DNA from: Nitrospirota bacterium
Lineage (GTDB): Bacteria; Nitrospirota; JACRHJ01
NCBI GenBank assembly: GCA_963845245.1
Contig: CAWJRJ010000017.1
Location: forward strand, 192,001 to 256,000
Direction: 5' to 3'
Length of the DNA stretch: 64,000 nt
The notes under the pieces are model-generated. The model was not told the origin of the DNA and made no database searches. It saw nothing but the letters and a program-made list of their open reading frames with translations. Shown in pieces: positions 42,493-54,227 of this stretch (position 1 is the first letter of the stretch; each line of letters opens with the position of its first letter). Position numbers and translations under genes: made by a program.

Positions 42493-43666
42493 ATGTTCGA
42501 TTTTCCCAGGATAAAGCGTCTTCCGCCCTATATCTTCGGAATCACCACCCAGATGAAGATGGAGGCGAGGAAGAGGGGCGAGGACATAATCGATTTCGGC
42601 ATGGGCAACCCCGACATGGGGACCCCCCAGCATATAGTCGACAAACTGGTCGAGGCCGCCTATAACCCCAAGAACCACCGCTATTCCGCCAGCAAGGGCA
42701 TACCCAAGCTGCGCTCTGCAATCACCGACTGGTACAAGCGCAGGTACAACGTTGACCTGAACCCGGACACCGAGGCCATAGCCACGATGGGCGCGAAGGA
42801 GGGGCTTTCGCACCTGGCCCTTGCCACCATCGAGCCGGGCGATGTGGTGCTGTCACCCTCGCCGGCGTACCCGATACATCCGTATTCGGTGATAATCGCG
42901 GGCGGCGAGGTCAGGCACATACCCATCACACAAGACTCCGACTTCTTCGAAGACATGATGGTCGCGTTCAGGCAGACATGGCCCGCGCCGAAGATGCTCA
43001 TAATAAGCTTCCCGAGCAACCCCACGACAGCCGTGGTGGACCTTGCGTTCTTTGAGAAGGTTGTCGCGTTCGCAAAGGAACACAACGTTATGGTCGTTCA
43101 CGACCTGGCCTATGCGGACCTCGTGTTCGACGGGTACAAGGCCCCGAGCTTCCTTCAGGTGCCGGGCGCAAAGGACGTCGGCGTCGAGTTCTTCTCCATG
43201 TCCAAAAGCTACAACATGCCCGGTTGGCGCGTGGGTTTCTGCTGCGGCAACCGCGAGATAGTCGGTGCGCTCACAAAGATAAAGAGCTACCTCGACTACG
43301 GGATGTTCCAGCCGATACAGATAGCGTCCATCATCGCACTCAACGGCCCACAGGACTGCGTGCAGGAGATATTGCGAGACGTACCGCTCCCGCCGCGACT
43401 GCCTGGTGGACGGGCTGTCAAAGGTCGGCTGGGAAATGCCAAAGCCCAAGGCGACGATGTTCGTCTGGGCGCCTATACCCGGCAAGTTCAAGCACATGGG
43501 CTCGCTTGAGTTCTCGAAGATGCTGATTGAGAAGGCCAAGGTCGCGGTCTCGCCCGGCATTGGCTTCGGAGACTACGGCGACGGCTATGTACGCTTTGCG
43601 CTGATCGAGAACGAGCACAGGACGCTGCAGGCAATCAAGGGCATAAAGAAGGCGCTGGGCGAATAA
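42493..43666 (+). CDS. alaC: PLP aminotransferase, AlaC-like; frameshift near 43375
   Basis: [49 protein letters not shown]. Confidence 0.88.
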
Positions 43667-43669
43667 ATC

Positions 43670-44981
43670 ATGAAAAAGAAAATCAACGTTGGTCTCATAG
43701 GTCTGGGTACGGTCGGCGGGGGAGTCGTAAAGCTTCTGCGTGACAATGCCGACGTTATCACCCGCAGGCTGGGTATCCCGGTGGAACTGAAGGCGGCGGC
43801 AGACCTCGACGAGTCCCGCGCGAAGGCGCTGAAGCTCGGCAAGGGTATCTACACCAAGGACGCCTACAAGATAATAAACGACCCGGATATCGATGTCGTC
43901 GTCGAGCTTATTGGCGGTTACAACCCGGCCAAGGCATTCATCCTCGAAGCGCTGAAGAACAAGAAGCCGGTCGTCACCGCAAACAAGGCGCTGCTCGCGA
44001 TGCACGGCGAGGAGCTGTACCGCGCGGCATCCAAGGCTGGCACTTCAATCGGGTTTGAGGCGAGCGTCGGAGGCGGCATCCCGATTATCGGAGCGATAAA
44101 GCAGGGTCTTGCGGCAAACGACATACAGTCCATATACGGCATAATAAACGGGACGTCGAACTTCATACTTACGAAGATGACGGACGAGGGCCGCAACTTC
44201 GGCGAGGTGCTCAAAGAGGCGCAGGCACTTAGGATATGCGGAGGCCGACCCGACCTTCGACGTGGAGGGCATAGACCCGGCACACAAGCTCGCGGTGCTT
44301 GCCAACATTGCGTTCGGCACGCCTGTGAAGTTTGAGGACATATACACCGAGGGCATATCCGGCATAAAGCCTGAGGACATAGAATATGCGCGCGAGTTCG
44401 GCTACAAGATAAAGCTGCTCGCCATCGCGAAGCTGGTGGACGGCGAAGTAGAGGCCAGGGTGCACCCGACGATGCTGCCGGACCACTACCTGCTTGCAAA
44501 GGTTGACGGCGTGTTCAATGCGATCTATGTTGTTGGTGATGCACTCGGCCCTGCGATGTTTTACGGACGCGGCGCGGGTGACATGCCCACAGCCAGCGCG
44601 GTAGTCTCGGACATAATGGATATCGCCCGCGACATGATACACTGCTCGCACAACCGCATGCCCGCGCTAGGCTTCAGGCCCGAAGGCCGCAAGCCCATGA
44701 AGATAATGCCGATAGGCAATGTGCGCTGCAAGTACTACATACGCTTCGCGGCGCTCGACAGGCCGGGCGTGCTTTCCACCATCTCCGGCATACTCGGCAG
44801 GCACGACATAAGTATCGAGTCTGTGATACAAAAGGGCAGGGGTACCGAGAACGCGGTGCCGATCGTCGTTATGACGCATGAGGCGGTCGAGAAGAATCTG
44901 AGAAGTGCGCTTGCAAAGATAGACAAGCTTGACGTGATATCCGACAAGACCGTGGTTATAAGAGTCGAGAGTGGTGAGTAA
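43670..44981 (+). CDS. hom: Homoserine dehydrogenase; frameshift near 44232
   Basis: GLGTVG, VTANKA, EASVGGGIP, NGTSNFIL, EADPTFDVEG, C-terminal ACT. Confidence 0.95.
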
Positions 44982-44984
44982 ACT

Positions 44985-45081
44985 GTTACTTTCTTTTCAG
45001 GTGAAAAGAAAGTAACCAAAGAAAAACCGATTTTTAATATTAATTTTCTTTGCCCCACTTTCTTTTTCAAAAGAAAGCGGG
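44985..45081. repeat. AT-rich composite palindromic (REP-like) element
   Basis: GTTACTTTCTTTTCA-GG-TGAAAAGAAAGTAAC perfect 15-bp IR; CAAAGAAAA/TTTTCTTTG; CTTTCTTTT-TC-AAAAGAAAG. Confidence 0.65.
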
Positions 45082-45105
45082 AAGAAGTTTTAAGGAGAAT
45101 TTAAA

Positions 45106-46181
45106 ATGGCCTGGAAAGGTATTATAGAGGAATACAGGGAGTTCCTGCCGGTAACGGAAAAGACGCCGGTAGTGACACTGCTGGAAGGAAACACGCCGCT
45201 TGTCCGCACGAAGAACCTGGCGCAGGCGATAAACCCGAAGCTTGACATTTACCTGAAGTTCGACGGGGCGAACCCGACCGGCTCCTTCAAGGACCGCGGC
45301 ATGACGATGGCCATATCGAAGGCGGTCGAGGCAGGCAGCAACGCCGTGATATGCGCCTCCACCGGCAACACCTCCGCCGCAGCTGCGGCATACGCGGCGC
45401 GCGCCGGGATAAAGGCGTTCGTCCTGATACCGGAGGGCAAGATAGCGCTCGGCAAGTTGGCCCAGGCCATGATGCACGGCGCGAAGGTTATACAGGTTGA
45501 GGGCAACTTCGACGAGGCGCTGAAGATCGTCCGTGAGATCTCGGACAAATACCCCATCACCCTCGTCAACTCTGTCAACCCGTACAGGATAGAAGGCCAG
45601 ACCTCGGCCGCATACGAGATATGCGATGCGCTGGGCGGCCCGCCCGACTTCCACTCGCTCCCCGTGGGCAACGCCGGAACATCAGGGTACGGAAGGGGTA
45701 TAAATGCGCGTACTGGAAGGGGTATAACAATTACAAGAACGCGGGCAAGATAAACTCGCTGCCGATAATGACCGGATTCCAGGCCGCTGGCGCGGCCCCG
45801 ATAGTGCTTGGGCATCCGGTAGAGAAGCCGGAGACGATCGCCACCGCGATACGCATAGGCAACCCGGCCTCCTGGAAGACGGCGGTAGCCGCAAGGGACG
45901 AGTCCGGCGGCCTTATAGACATGGTGACGGACGAGGAGATACTTGAGGCCTACAGGCTGGTCGCGGCGAAGGAAGGCATATTCTGCGAGCCCGCATCCGC
46001 CGCATCCATCGCGGGTGTGATAAAGTTAAACAAGGCGGGTTACTTCAAGGGCGCCGCACGCATCGTCTGCACCCTCACCGGGCACGGCCTGAAGGACCCG
46101 GACACCGCGATAAAGGTCTCCGAGAAGCCGATAAGCGTCAAGGGCACTCTGGCAGAGGTTGTCGGTATCCTTGGGTACTAG
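45106..46181 (+). CDS. thrC: Threonine synthase; local duplication/indel at 45680-45727
   Basis: [46 protein letters not shown]. Confidence 0.95.
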
Positions 46182-46189
46182 GCCGGTGC

Positions 46190-46840
46190 ATGCTTAAGAG
46201 AATTATACTGGCCCTCGCGGTGCTTGTCCTTTCTGCCGGTACGGTGTTTGCGGATATGGCTTCAGACAAGCAACTCATTGAGGCCGCGCGCACCGGCAAG
46301 GCCGGAGTTAGTGAAAAGCCTCATCAAAAAAGGCGCAAACGTAAATTACAAAGACGCTGATGGCGCGACCGCTCTGATACGCGCCGTGGTGAATAACAAA
46401 AAAGATGTCGTAAAGGTCCTGCTCGATTCCGGGGCGGACGTGAACATCAAGGACAAGGACGGTTCCACTGCCCTGATGGGTGCGGCCCTGAACGGGTTTA
46501 CTGACTACGCCCGAATGCTTGATGCAGAAGGGCGCGGACGTGAACGCGAAGGCCAACGAGGGCGAGACCGCGATTATATATGCCGCCGTGCTCGGACATA
46601 CAGATATCGTCCGGCTACTTGCTCGACAAAGGCGCGGACGTGAACGCCAAGAATAATTCTGGCGTGACCGCTCTTATGAGCGCTGCGTACGCCGGACAGG
46701 CGGATTCCGTTAAGGCGCTGCTTGAAAGAAAGGCGAACGTGAACCTCAAGGATTCGTCTGGCAACACGGCGCTGTCCCTCGCAAAAAAGAAAGGCAAGAA
46801 AGACGTTTTGAGCCTCTTATCAAATGCAGGTGCAAAATGA
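46190..46840 (+). CDS. Secreted ankyrin-repeat protein; several frameshifts
   Basis: Repeated GA(N/D)VNxKDxxGxTAL units spread over frames; N-terminal signal MLKRIILALAVL. Confidence 0.8.
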
Positions 46841-48069
46841 AGTACATTGTGCTGCTGGGCGACGGTATGGCAGGTTATCCCATCGAAGAGCTAGGCGGGA
46901 AGACCACGCTTGAATATGCAAAGACGCCGAACATGGACTACATGGCGAGCACAGGGAAACTCGGGATGGCGAAGACCGTGCCTGAAAACCTGCCGCCCGG
47001 CTCGGACGTTGCCAACCTGTCGGTGCTTGGTTATGACCCGCAAAAATATTACACCGGCAGGGCCCCGCTTGAGGCCGCGTCCATCGGCGTGGAACTTGGC
47101 CCCGACGACGTCGCGTACAGGTGCAACCTGGTATCCATTAAATGCAGCGAGCCGGAATGCGGTATCAGGATGTTCTGCCGCAAATGCATAATGGAGGATT
47201 TCTCGGCCGGGCACATCACGACGCCCGAGGCGAGCGTCCTTATAAAGGACATCGACCGCTCCATCGGTTCCGATATGGTGAAGTTCTACCCTGGCGTCAG
47301 CTACCGCCACCTTATGGTATGGAAGGGCGGGGAATACAAGGCCGACTGCACACCGCCGCACGATATCACCGGCAGGGAGCTTTCAGACCACCTCCCAAAG
47401 GGGGTAGGCGCCGATTTCCTGCTTGAGTTGATGAAGGAATCCGCAGCCCTGCTTGAGTCGCATCAGGTAAACCGGGACAGGATAGCAAGCGGCAAGCTTC
47501 CGGCAAACAGCATCTGGCTCTGGGGCCAGGGCAAAAGGCCGGTCATGCCGACCTTCCGGGAACAATACGGGCTCTCAGGCGCGATGATATCGGCGGTCGA
47601 CCTGATGAACGGCATCGCCGCGATCTTGGGTCTGAAGGTAATACACGTTGAAGGCGCGACTGGCTATATCGATACGAACTACAAGGGCAAGGCCGAGGCG
47701 GCCCTGAAGGCGATAGAGGAAGCGGACTTTGTATATGTGCATGTGGAGGCCCCGGACGAGGCCGGCCACGGTGGAAACATGAAGCACAAAATACAGGCGA
47801 TAGAGGATTTCGACGAGAAGGTCGTAGGCACGGTGCTTGCCGCACTCAAAGGCAGGGACGACTGCCGTGTGCTTGTGATGCCGGACCACCCGACTCCTAT
47901 AGCCGTTAAGAGCCACACCCGCGACGCCGTCCCGTTCATTTTGTGGGATTCCGGCAAGGCCGGTAGCGTAGCTGATAAAAAGTATGACGAGCCTTCCGCC
48001 AAAGGGACGGGTCTTTTTGTCGAGGAAGGCTGGAGGATGATGGAATACCTGTTAAAGGGAGGGTTGTGA
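46837..48069 (+). CDS. apgM: Cofactor-independent phosphoglycerate mutase, ApgM family
   Basis: [38 protein letters not shown]. Confidence 0.92.
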   Translation: MKYIVLLGDGMAGYPIEELGGKTTLEYAKTPNMDYMASTGKLGMAKTVPENLPPGSDVANLSVLGYDPQKYYTGRAPLEAASIGVELGPDDVAYRCNLVSIKCSEPECGIRMFCRKCIMEDFSAGHITTPEASVLIKDIDRSIGSDMVKFYPGVSYRHLMVWKGGEYKADCTPPHDITGRELSDHLPKGVGADFLLELMKESAALLESHQVNRDRIASGKLPANSIWLWGQGKRPVMPTFREQYGLSGAMISAVDLMNGIAAILGLKVIHVEGATGYIDTNYKGKAEAALKAIEEADFVYVHVEAPDEAGHGGNMKHKIQAIEDFDEKVVGTVLAALKGRDDCRVLVMPDHPTPIAVKSHTRDAVPFILWDSGKAGSVADKKYDEPSAKGTGLFVEEGWRMMEYLLKGGL

Positions 48070-48070
48070 T

Positions 48071-49291
48071 TTGAGCCTGATAGTTCAGAAGTACGGCGGT
48101 ACATCGGTAGGTAATGTAGACAGGATAAAGAACGTCGCAAAAAAAGTGGCGGCGTCAAAGAAGGCCGGCAACAATATCGTCGTGGTACTCTCCGCAATGA
48201 GCGGTGAGACGGATAAACTTATCGCACTTGCAAATGCCGTCTCCACAAACCCAAAAGAACGCGAGATGGACATGCTCCTGTCCACTGGCGAGAGGGTCAC
48301 GATCGCACTACTTGCCATGGCGTTGAACGATATGAAGGTGGACGCGGTCTCCTTTACAGGAAGGCAGTCAGGCATAATCACCGACACCGCACACACGCGT
48401 GCGCGGATAAAAAACATAGATGCTGGCCGCATACAGGAAGCCCTGAAGAAGGGCAAGGTTGTTGTTGTGGCCGGGTTCCAGGGCATTACCGAAGGCTCGG
48501 ATGTAACCACCCTTGGCAGGGGCGGCTCCGACCTCACCGCGGTCGCGGTCGCTGCCGCGCTCAAGGCCGACTTCTGCGATATATACACGGACGTGGACGG
48601 GGTATACACGACAGACCCCAATATTGTGCCGAACGCAAGGAAGCTCGACAAGATCTCATATGACGAGATGCTTGAGATGGCGAGCCTCGGTGCAAAGGTT
48701 CTGCAGGCGCGCTCTGTGGAGTTCGCAAAGAAATTCAACGTGCCCGTAAGGGTGCTTTCGAGTTTTCACGATGTCCCCGGGACTTTGGTTACAAAGGAGG
48801 ATAAGTCGATGGAGAAGGTGGTAGTTGCCGGAGTTGCTTATGACAAAAACCAGGCGAAGATCACGCTTTCAGGCGTGCCGGATAAACCCGGCGTGGCCGC
48901 GAAGCTTTTCAGTAAGATAGCTGATTCCAAGATCATCGTGGACATGATAATCCAGAACGTGAGCAAGGACGGCGCGACCGACATCTCATTTACCGTTCCT
49001 AAAACCGACCTCAAAAAGGCGCTCCCGCTTATCAAGAAAGCGGCAAAGTCCATCGGATGCAACGACGTGGTAGTGCACGAGGGAATATCGAAGGTATCGA
49101 TAATAGGCGTCGGTATGCGTTCTCATTCGGGCGTCGCCTCAAGGATGTTCACGGCTCTTTCAAACGAGGGCATCAACATAATGATGATTAGCACGTCGGA
49201 GATAAAGGTCTCCTGTGTGATAGATCAGAAATACACGGAGCTGGCCGTAAGGGCCCTGCACGACGCTTTCGGGCTTGAAAAAACGGCCTGA
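48071..49291 (+). CDS. lysC: Aspartate kinase
   Basis: [29 protein letters not shown], two ACT domains. Confidence 0.96.
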   Translation: MSLIVQKYGGTSVGNVDRIKNVAKKVAASKKAGNNIVVVLSAMSGETDKLIALANAVSTNPKEREMDMLLSTGERVTIALLAMALNDMKVDAVSFTGRQSGIITDTAHTRARIKNIDAGRIQEALKKGKVVVVAGFQGITEGSDVTTLGRGGSDLTAVAVAAALKADFCDIYTDVDGVYTTDPNIVPNARKLDKISYDEMLEMASLGAKVLQARSVEFAKKFNVPVRVLSSFHDVPGTLVTKEDKSMEKVVVAGVAYDKNQAKITLSGVPDKPGVAAKLFSKIADSKIIVDMIIQNVSKDGATDISFTVPKTDLKKALPLIKKAAKSIGCNDVVVHEGISKVSIIGVGMRSHSGVASRMFTALSNEGINIMMISTSEIKVSCVIDQKYTELAVRALHDAFGLEKTA

Positions 49292-49301
49292 TGTTTGCCG
49301 G

Positions 49302-51932
49302 ATGCCGGATAAACCAGCATGGCACTCGATTAGTATAGAAGATACCGCCGGAAGACTCGGCGCAAATTTGACCTCCGGCCTGTCGGAAGCTTTGGCTTCC
49401 GACAGGCTTGAGAGGTTCGGCCGCAACGTCCTTGCCGAACCTGACCCCAAAAACCCCATCCGCATGTTTCTCAACCAGTTCAAAGACCTGATGATCCTGC
49501 TGCTCTTTGCCGCGGCAGTGATCTCGGTCGCCGTAGGGGACGTTACCGATACGGCGGCAATACTTGTCATCATCCTTCTTAACGGCACAATAGGCTTCTA
49601 TCAGGAATGGAACGCGGAGAAGGCCGTCAGATCTCTGAAGGAGCTTGCCTCGCCTGATGCCGTTGTAATGCGTGATGGCGAGACGAAAAAGATAAAGGCG
49701 GAACTGCTCGTGCCTGGCGACATCGTGGTGCTTGAGGCGGGCCAGATAGTCCCTGCGGACATAAGGCTGTTTGAGACGGCCGGGCTAAAGGCCGTAGAAT
49801 CCTCTCTGACAGGCGAATCAGTTCCTGTGGAAAAGGATTGCCGGGCAGTACTACCCGAGAACCTGCCGATGGGCGACATGGTGAACATGGCGCTTAAAAG
49901 CACAAAGCTGTCTTCGGGCCGCGGGAAGGGTGTTGTCGTCGCAACCGGTATGTATACCGCGATCGGCCGGATAGCAACCCTTGTCCATCAAAGGGAGGAC
50001 GAAAAGACCCCGCTGCAGAAAAGGCTTGCGGTATTCGGCAGGCGTCTTTCAATTATTATAATTGTCGTATCGGCGGTTATATTTGTAGCCGGTCTACTGA
50101 GGGGCGAAAGTGTCCTGCTGATGCTGATGACCTCCATCAGCCTGGTGGTGGCGGCGATCCCGGAAGCCCTGCCGGCCGTGGTTACTATCTCGCTTGCGAT
50201 GGGCGCGTCGCGGATGGTGAAGAAAAACGTGCTGATACGGAACCTCCCGGCCGTTGAGACGCTTGGTTCCGTGACGTATATATGCACTGACAAGACCGGC
50301 ACGCTTACACAGAACAGGATGACGGTGGCAGGCCTGTTTACTGCCGCAGGCAGGTATAATGTCAATGATAGTGACAGAAGCGGGGAGTTGGGAAAACTTA
50401 TCGAGGCGATGGCGCTCAACAATGATGCGACGTTTAATAAAGCCGGCGAGGCTATAGGCGACCCAACCGAGACCGCCATGCTTTCTGCCGCGCAGATGGT
50501 CGGGGTTGACAAGACCTCCCTTGTGAAGAATTACCAGCGCGTGGGTGAACTGCCTTTTGATTCCGGCAGGAAGATGATGAGCACCATCCATGCAATGCCC
50601 GGCGGCGGGTTTCTGATGATTACCAAGGGCGCGGCTGAGGCCGTGCTGGACATTACCGACAAGGTTGACGGCGGTGGGACGGTTGCGACAGATATTGCCG
50701 CGATGAAGAATGTCTCTTATAACGCGTCCGCCGACGGACTTAGGGTAATCGCCTTTGCGCGCAAGAGGCTGGAGTCGTTGCCGCCAGACCTGTGGGCTGA
50801 GGAGAAGGGTGGGTTCACATTCCTGGGGATGGTGGGGCTTATAGACCCGCCGAGAGAAGAGGCTGCGCGTGCGGTATCAGACTGTGCCTCGGCTGGGATA
50901 CGCACCGTGATGATAACCGGGGACCACCCTGCGACGGCATCAAAGGTTGCGAAAGACCTTGGGATGGACGGCAGCTCGGGCGAGGTTATAACTGGTACTG
51001 CGCTGGAAGCGATGCCCCCGGGAGAACTTGAATGGAGGGCGGAGAACATACGGGTATACTCGCGTGTAGCCCCGGAACAGAAGTACAACATCGTGCAGGC
51101 ACTGAAGGCGAGGGGCCATTTTGTGGCAATGACCGGGGACGGGGTAAACGATGCGCCAGCGCTCAAAAAAGCCGACATTGGCGTAGCCATGGGCATCATG
51201 GGCACTGACGTGGCGAGGGAGGCCTCGGACATGGTGCTGCTGGATGACAACTTCGCGAGCATCGTAAACGCGGTGCGCGAGGGCAGGAGGATATACGACA
51301 ACATCAGGAAATTCATCAAATACTCCATGACCGGAAACTCCGGCGAGATGTGGACACTTTTTCTGGCTCCCTTCCTGGGGCTTCCTCTTTCTCTTATCCC
51401 TGTGCAGATACTCTGGATAAACCTCGTCACCGATGGCCTGCCAGGCCTTGCCCTGGCATTTGAACAGAGCGAGAAAGACGTCATGAAACGCCCGCCCAGG
51501 CCGCCTTCCGAGGCCATTTTGGCGGGAGGGCTCGGTTTTCAGATTGCCTGGGTCGGCCTGTTCATGGGCGGGGTGTGTATTTCTGCCCAGGCGTGGGCAT
51601 ACTGGGGCGGAAGGGCGAACTGGCAAAGCATCGTTTTCACCGTCCTATGCCTCTCCAAGACATTCAGCGCCCTTGCGATGCGCTCGGACAGCGAGTCTAT
51701 ATTTACGCTTGGGTTTCTCAGCAATAAATTTCTGCTGTTTTCGGTAGCTTTGACCTTCCTGCTTCAGATGGCTATACTCTACGTACCGGTTTTAAACACA
51801 GTATTCAGGACCGCGCCTTTGACGGCGTTCGACCTTGTTGTTGCACTTTCGCTTTCCGTGGTGGTCTTTGCAGTGATTGAGATTGAAAAGGGTATATTAA
51901 GAAGCTTTCATGATCGCTCCGGCAAGCCGTAA
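49302..51932 (+). CDS. Cation (Ca2+-type, P2A) P-type ATPase
   Basis: TGES, PEALP, DKTGTLT, KGAAE, TGD, GDGVND, QILWINLVTDG. Confidence 0.94.
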   Translation: MPDKPAWHSISIEDTAGRLGANLTSGLSEALASDRLERFGRNVLAEPDPKNPIRMFLNQFKDLMILLLFAAAVISVAVGDVTDTAAILVIILLNGTIGFYQEWNAEKAVRSLKELASPDAVVMRDGETKKIKAELLVPGDIVVLEAGQIVPADIRLFETAGLKAVESSLTGESVPVEKDCRAVLPENLPMGDMVNMALKSTKLSSGRGKGVVVATGMYTAIGRIATLVHQREDEKTPLQKRLAVFGRRLSIIIIVVSAVIFVAGLLRGESVLLMLMTSISLVVAAIPEALPAVVTISLAMGASRMVKKNVLIRNLPAVETLGSVTYICTDKTGTLTQNRMTVAGLFTAAGRYNVNDSDRSGELGKLIEAMALNNDATFNKAGEAIGDPTETAMLSAAQMVGVDKTSLVKNYQRVGELPFDSGRKMMSTIHAMPGGGFLMITKGAAEAVLDITDKVDGGGTVATDIAAMKNVSYNASADGLRVIAFARKRLESLPPDLWAEEKGGFTFLGMVGLIDPPREEAARAVSDCASAGIRTVMITGDHPATASKVAKDLGMDGSSGEVITGTALEAMPPGELEWRAENIRVYSRVAPEQKYNIVQALKARGHFVAMTGDGVNDAPALKKADIGVAMGIMGTDVAREASDMVLLDDNFASIVNAVREGRRIYDNIRKFIKYSMTGNSGEMWTLFLAPFLGLPLSLIPVQILWINLVTDGLPGLALAFEQSEKDVMKRPPRPPSEAILAGGLGFQIAWVGLFMGGVCISAQAWAYWGGRANWQSIVFTVLCLSKTFSALAMRSDSESIFTLGFLSNKFLLFSVALTFLLQMAILYVPVLNTVFRTAPLTAFDLVVALSLSVVVFAVIEIEKGILRSFHDRSGKP

Positions 51933-52009
51933 CTGCTTGACAGAAAAGGTGCTATTGTGAGAAAATTATTGAATTTCTGAATACATAAAAGCGAGCTTTC
52001 AGGCCGTTG

Positions 52010-52786
52010 ATGGATACAAATGCAACAAGGCGCATCAGGCGCGGGGGGAGCGGGCCAAAACCCGTAGGTGATACCCCTGTTCACGCACATGGAAACAGGA
52101 CTTTCCTGTTTTTTCTGGTATGTTCCCTGTTTGTTCACGCAGTCTTTCTGGGATCGTTCTGGTTACTGCAGAAGCCGGGAAAGGCACATAAGGAAATAGA
52201 GCTGATCAATGTCACCGTCACTTCGCTGCCCGGGCCTGCGGGAGGTGGGGGAGAGTCCGAGGAGATAAAACCGCCGCCAAAAGAGATAAAGAAAGAAGAA
52301 ATCCCAGAAAAGGAACAGGTGAAGGTTGCATCGAAGCTTGTAGAGAAAAAGGCGACCGAGGCCAAGAAGAAGCCTGCGACCGAAGCGCCAAAAGTTGCCC
52401 ATGAAGCGCCGAAGGGGCCCGGACAGGGGCCGGTGGGCGGAGGCAAGCAGACCGATACGGTTGTCGAGGGGGCTATTGCGGTTGAAGGCGGCGTTAATTC
52501 TGCAATATTGGGGGGGTATTTAAGCAAACTTCAGGCCCGGGTTGCCAGGGCTTGGAATGTGCCGAATATAAATGCAAAAGTTCTTCCCAGGGCGGTTGTT
52601 TTTTTTAGCATAGACAGATATGGCAAAATTAGTAATATAAAACTGGAAACAAGTTCGGGAAGTGTAGTTCTTGATAATTCGGCTATCAGTACGATAAGGT
52701 CGATAAAAGACATCGGGTATTTGCCTGCGGGATATAAAGATGATGTACTTAAAATACACTATACGTTCATTCCGGAAAACAAATAG
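52010..52786 (+). CDS. tolA: TolA/TonB family protein
   Basis: TM with SLFVH motif, Lys/Glu/Pro linker, TonB-C-like domain (SSGSVVLDNSA), directly before tolB. Confidence 0.75.
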   Translation: MDTNATRRIRRGGSGPKPVGDTPVHAHGNRTFLFFLVCSLFVHAVFLGSFWLLQKPGKAHKEIELINVTVTSLPGPAGGGGESEEIKPPPKEIKKEEIPEKEQVKVASKLVEKKATEAKKKPATEAPKVAHEAPKGPGQGPVGGGKQTDTVVEGAIAVEGGVNSAILGGYLSKLQARVARAWNVPNINAKVLPRAVVFFSIDRYGKISNIKLETSSGSVVLDNSAISTIRSIKDIGYLPAGYKDDVLKIHYTFIPENK

Positions 52787-52803
52787 CCCGGAGAGGGTAA
52801 TTG

Positions 52804-54099
52804 ATGAATAAAAAAGTATATTGGGTGTTTTCAGGCATGGTGACGGCTTTAATGTTGTTTGCCCTTGTATTTGTCGAAGCACCGGCAGCGGATACAGAAG
52901 TCCAGCTTTCGACTACCAAGGCCGCGTCCAAGATAAGCATCCTGATCCCGGATTTCATACGGGAGGGCGGTTTTAAGGATAGCGAGAAAAGAGACGTCGC
53001 AATGGCGGACATCCTTGCAGACGACCTGAACTTCTCCGGCTATTTTGATGCAAAGAGGGTCAAGGTGATAAAGGGCGACCCTTCCGCATGGGCATCGCTC
53101 GATGTGGCCAATATAGTGCAGGGGAGTTACACGACTGACGGGCGTGAGATACAGGTAACTGCAAAGGTGGTTGACGCAAGGAGCGGCGCGGTAGTGCTGG
53201 ACAAAAAATATCCCAACGCGCTAAGGGTAATGAGGCAGACCGTTCACAAGATGGCGGACGATGTAATCTTCCAGGTTGCCGGTGAGAAGGGGATCTGCAG
53301 GACAAAGATCGCATTCGTCTCGGACATGACCGGCAAGACAGAGCTTTATATCAGCGACTACGACGGCCACGACGTTTACAGGATGACCAGGGACGAGGGT
53401 GTGTGCCTGCTGCCTGCATGGTCCCCAAGCGGGAACTATATAACATACACCTCCTACCGAAGGCTGAACCCGGACTTGTGGTGGGTAAGCTCATCAGGAA
53501 AGAGCAGGGGTATACTCTCTTTCTTCCCCGGCCTCAATGCGGCAGCCTCCTGGTCTCCCGACGGCGAGAGGATCGCCCTGTCCATAAGCAAGGACGGAAA
53601 CGCCGAAATTTACACCGTAAGACGGGACGGCGCTGATTTCAAGAGGCTCACATTCAACCGGGGAATAGACACTTCGCCCTCCTGGTCGCCCAACGGGCGT
53701 GAGATAGTGTTCAACTCTGACAGGGCCGGCTCTCCGCAAATATATATTATGGATTCGGGTGGTGGGAACGTCAGGCGTCTTACGTATAAGGGCAAGTACA
53801 ACGCCTCTCCGGCCTGGTCTCCACTGGGCGACAAGATTGCCTACGTGAGCCGTGAAGACAACCTATTTAATATCTTTACAATGGACGCGACTGGGGATAA
53901 TATTATCAGGTTGACATATAGGAATGGCAATAACGAGAACCCTTCCTGGTCGCCGGACGGGAAACATCTGATATTCTCTTCTACAAGGGCGGGTGTAAAG
54001 GCGCTTTATATCATGGACCCGGACGGGAAAAATGCAAAGAGGCTCAATATCCCGGGTAATGTTCAAACCCCCGCCTGGTCGCCGATGCCAGGTAACTGA
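52804..54099 (+). CDS. tolB: Tol-Pal beta-propeller protein
   Basis: TKIAFVS and repeated PxWSPxG (PD40) motifs. Confidence 0.94.
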   Translation: MNKKVYWVFSGMVTALMLFALVFVEAPAADTEVQLSTTKAASKISILIPDFIREGGFKDSEKRDVAMADILADDLNFSGYFDAKRVKVIKGDPSAWASLDVANIVQGSYTTDGREIQVTAKVVDARSGAVVLDKKYPNALRVMRQTVHKMADDVIFQVAGEKGICRTKIAFVSDMTGKTELYISDYDGHDVYRMTRDEGVCLLPAWSPSGNYITYTSYRRLNPDLWWVSSSGKSRGILSFFPGLNAAASWSPDGERIALSISKDGNAEIYTVRRDGADFKRLTFNRGIDTSPSWSPNGREIVFNSDRAGSPQIYIMDSGGGNVRRLTYKGKYNASPAWSPLGDKIAYVSREDNLFNIFTMDATGDNIIRLTYRNGNNENPSWSPDGKHLIFSSTRAGVKALYIMDPDGKNAKRLNIPGNVQTPAWSPMPGN

Positions 54100-54227
54100 T
54101 TTTATCTTTAGAAGCATCAGTTTATGATATAATACTTTAAAAGTGCGAAAGGAGGTGCCGTCGGATTATTATCAAGAGGGTTCAACCGGCTAAAACTCAA
54201 AAACAGGTACCGAAAGGAGGAATTATC

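Noticed and set aside
45680..45727. Tandem near-duplicate GTAC(T)GGAAGGGGTATAA inside thrC
   Set aside because: Disrupts the conserved GNAGNIxAYWKGY motif; looks like a long-read consensus artefact, not an element or phase-variation site
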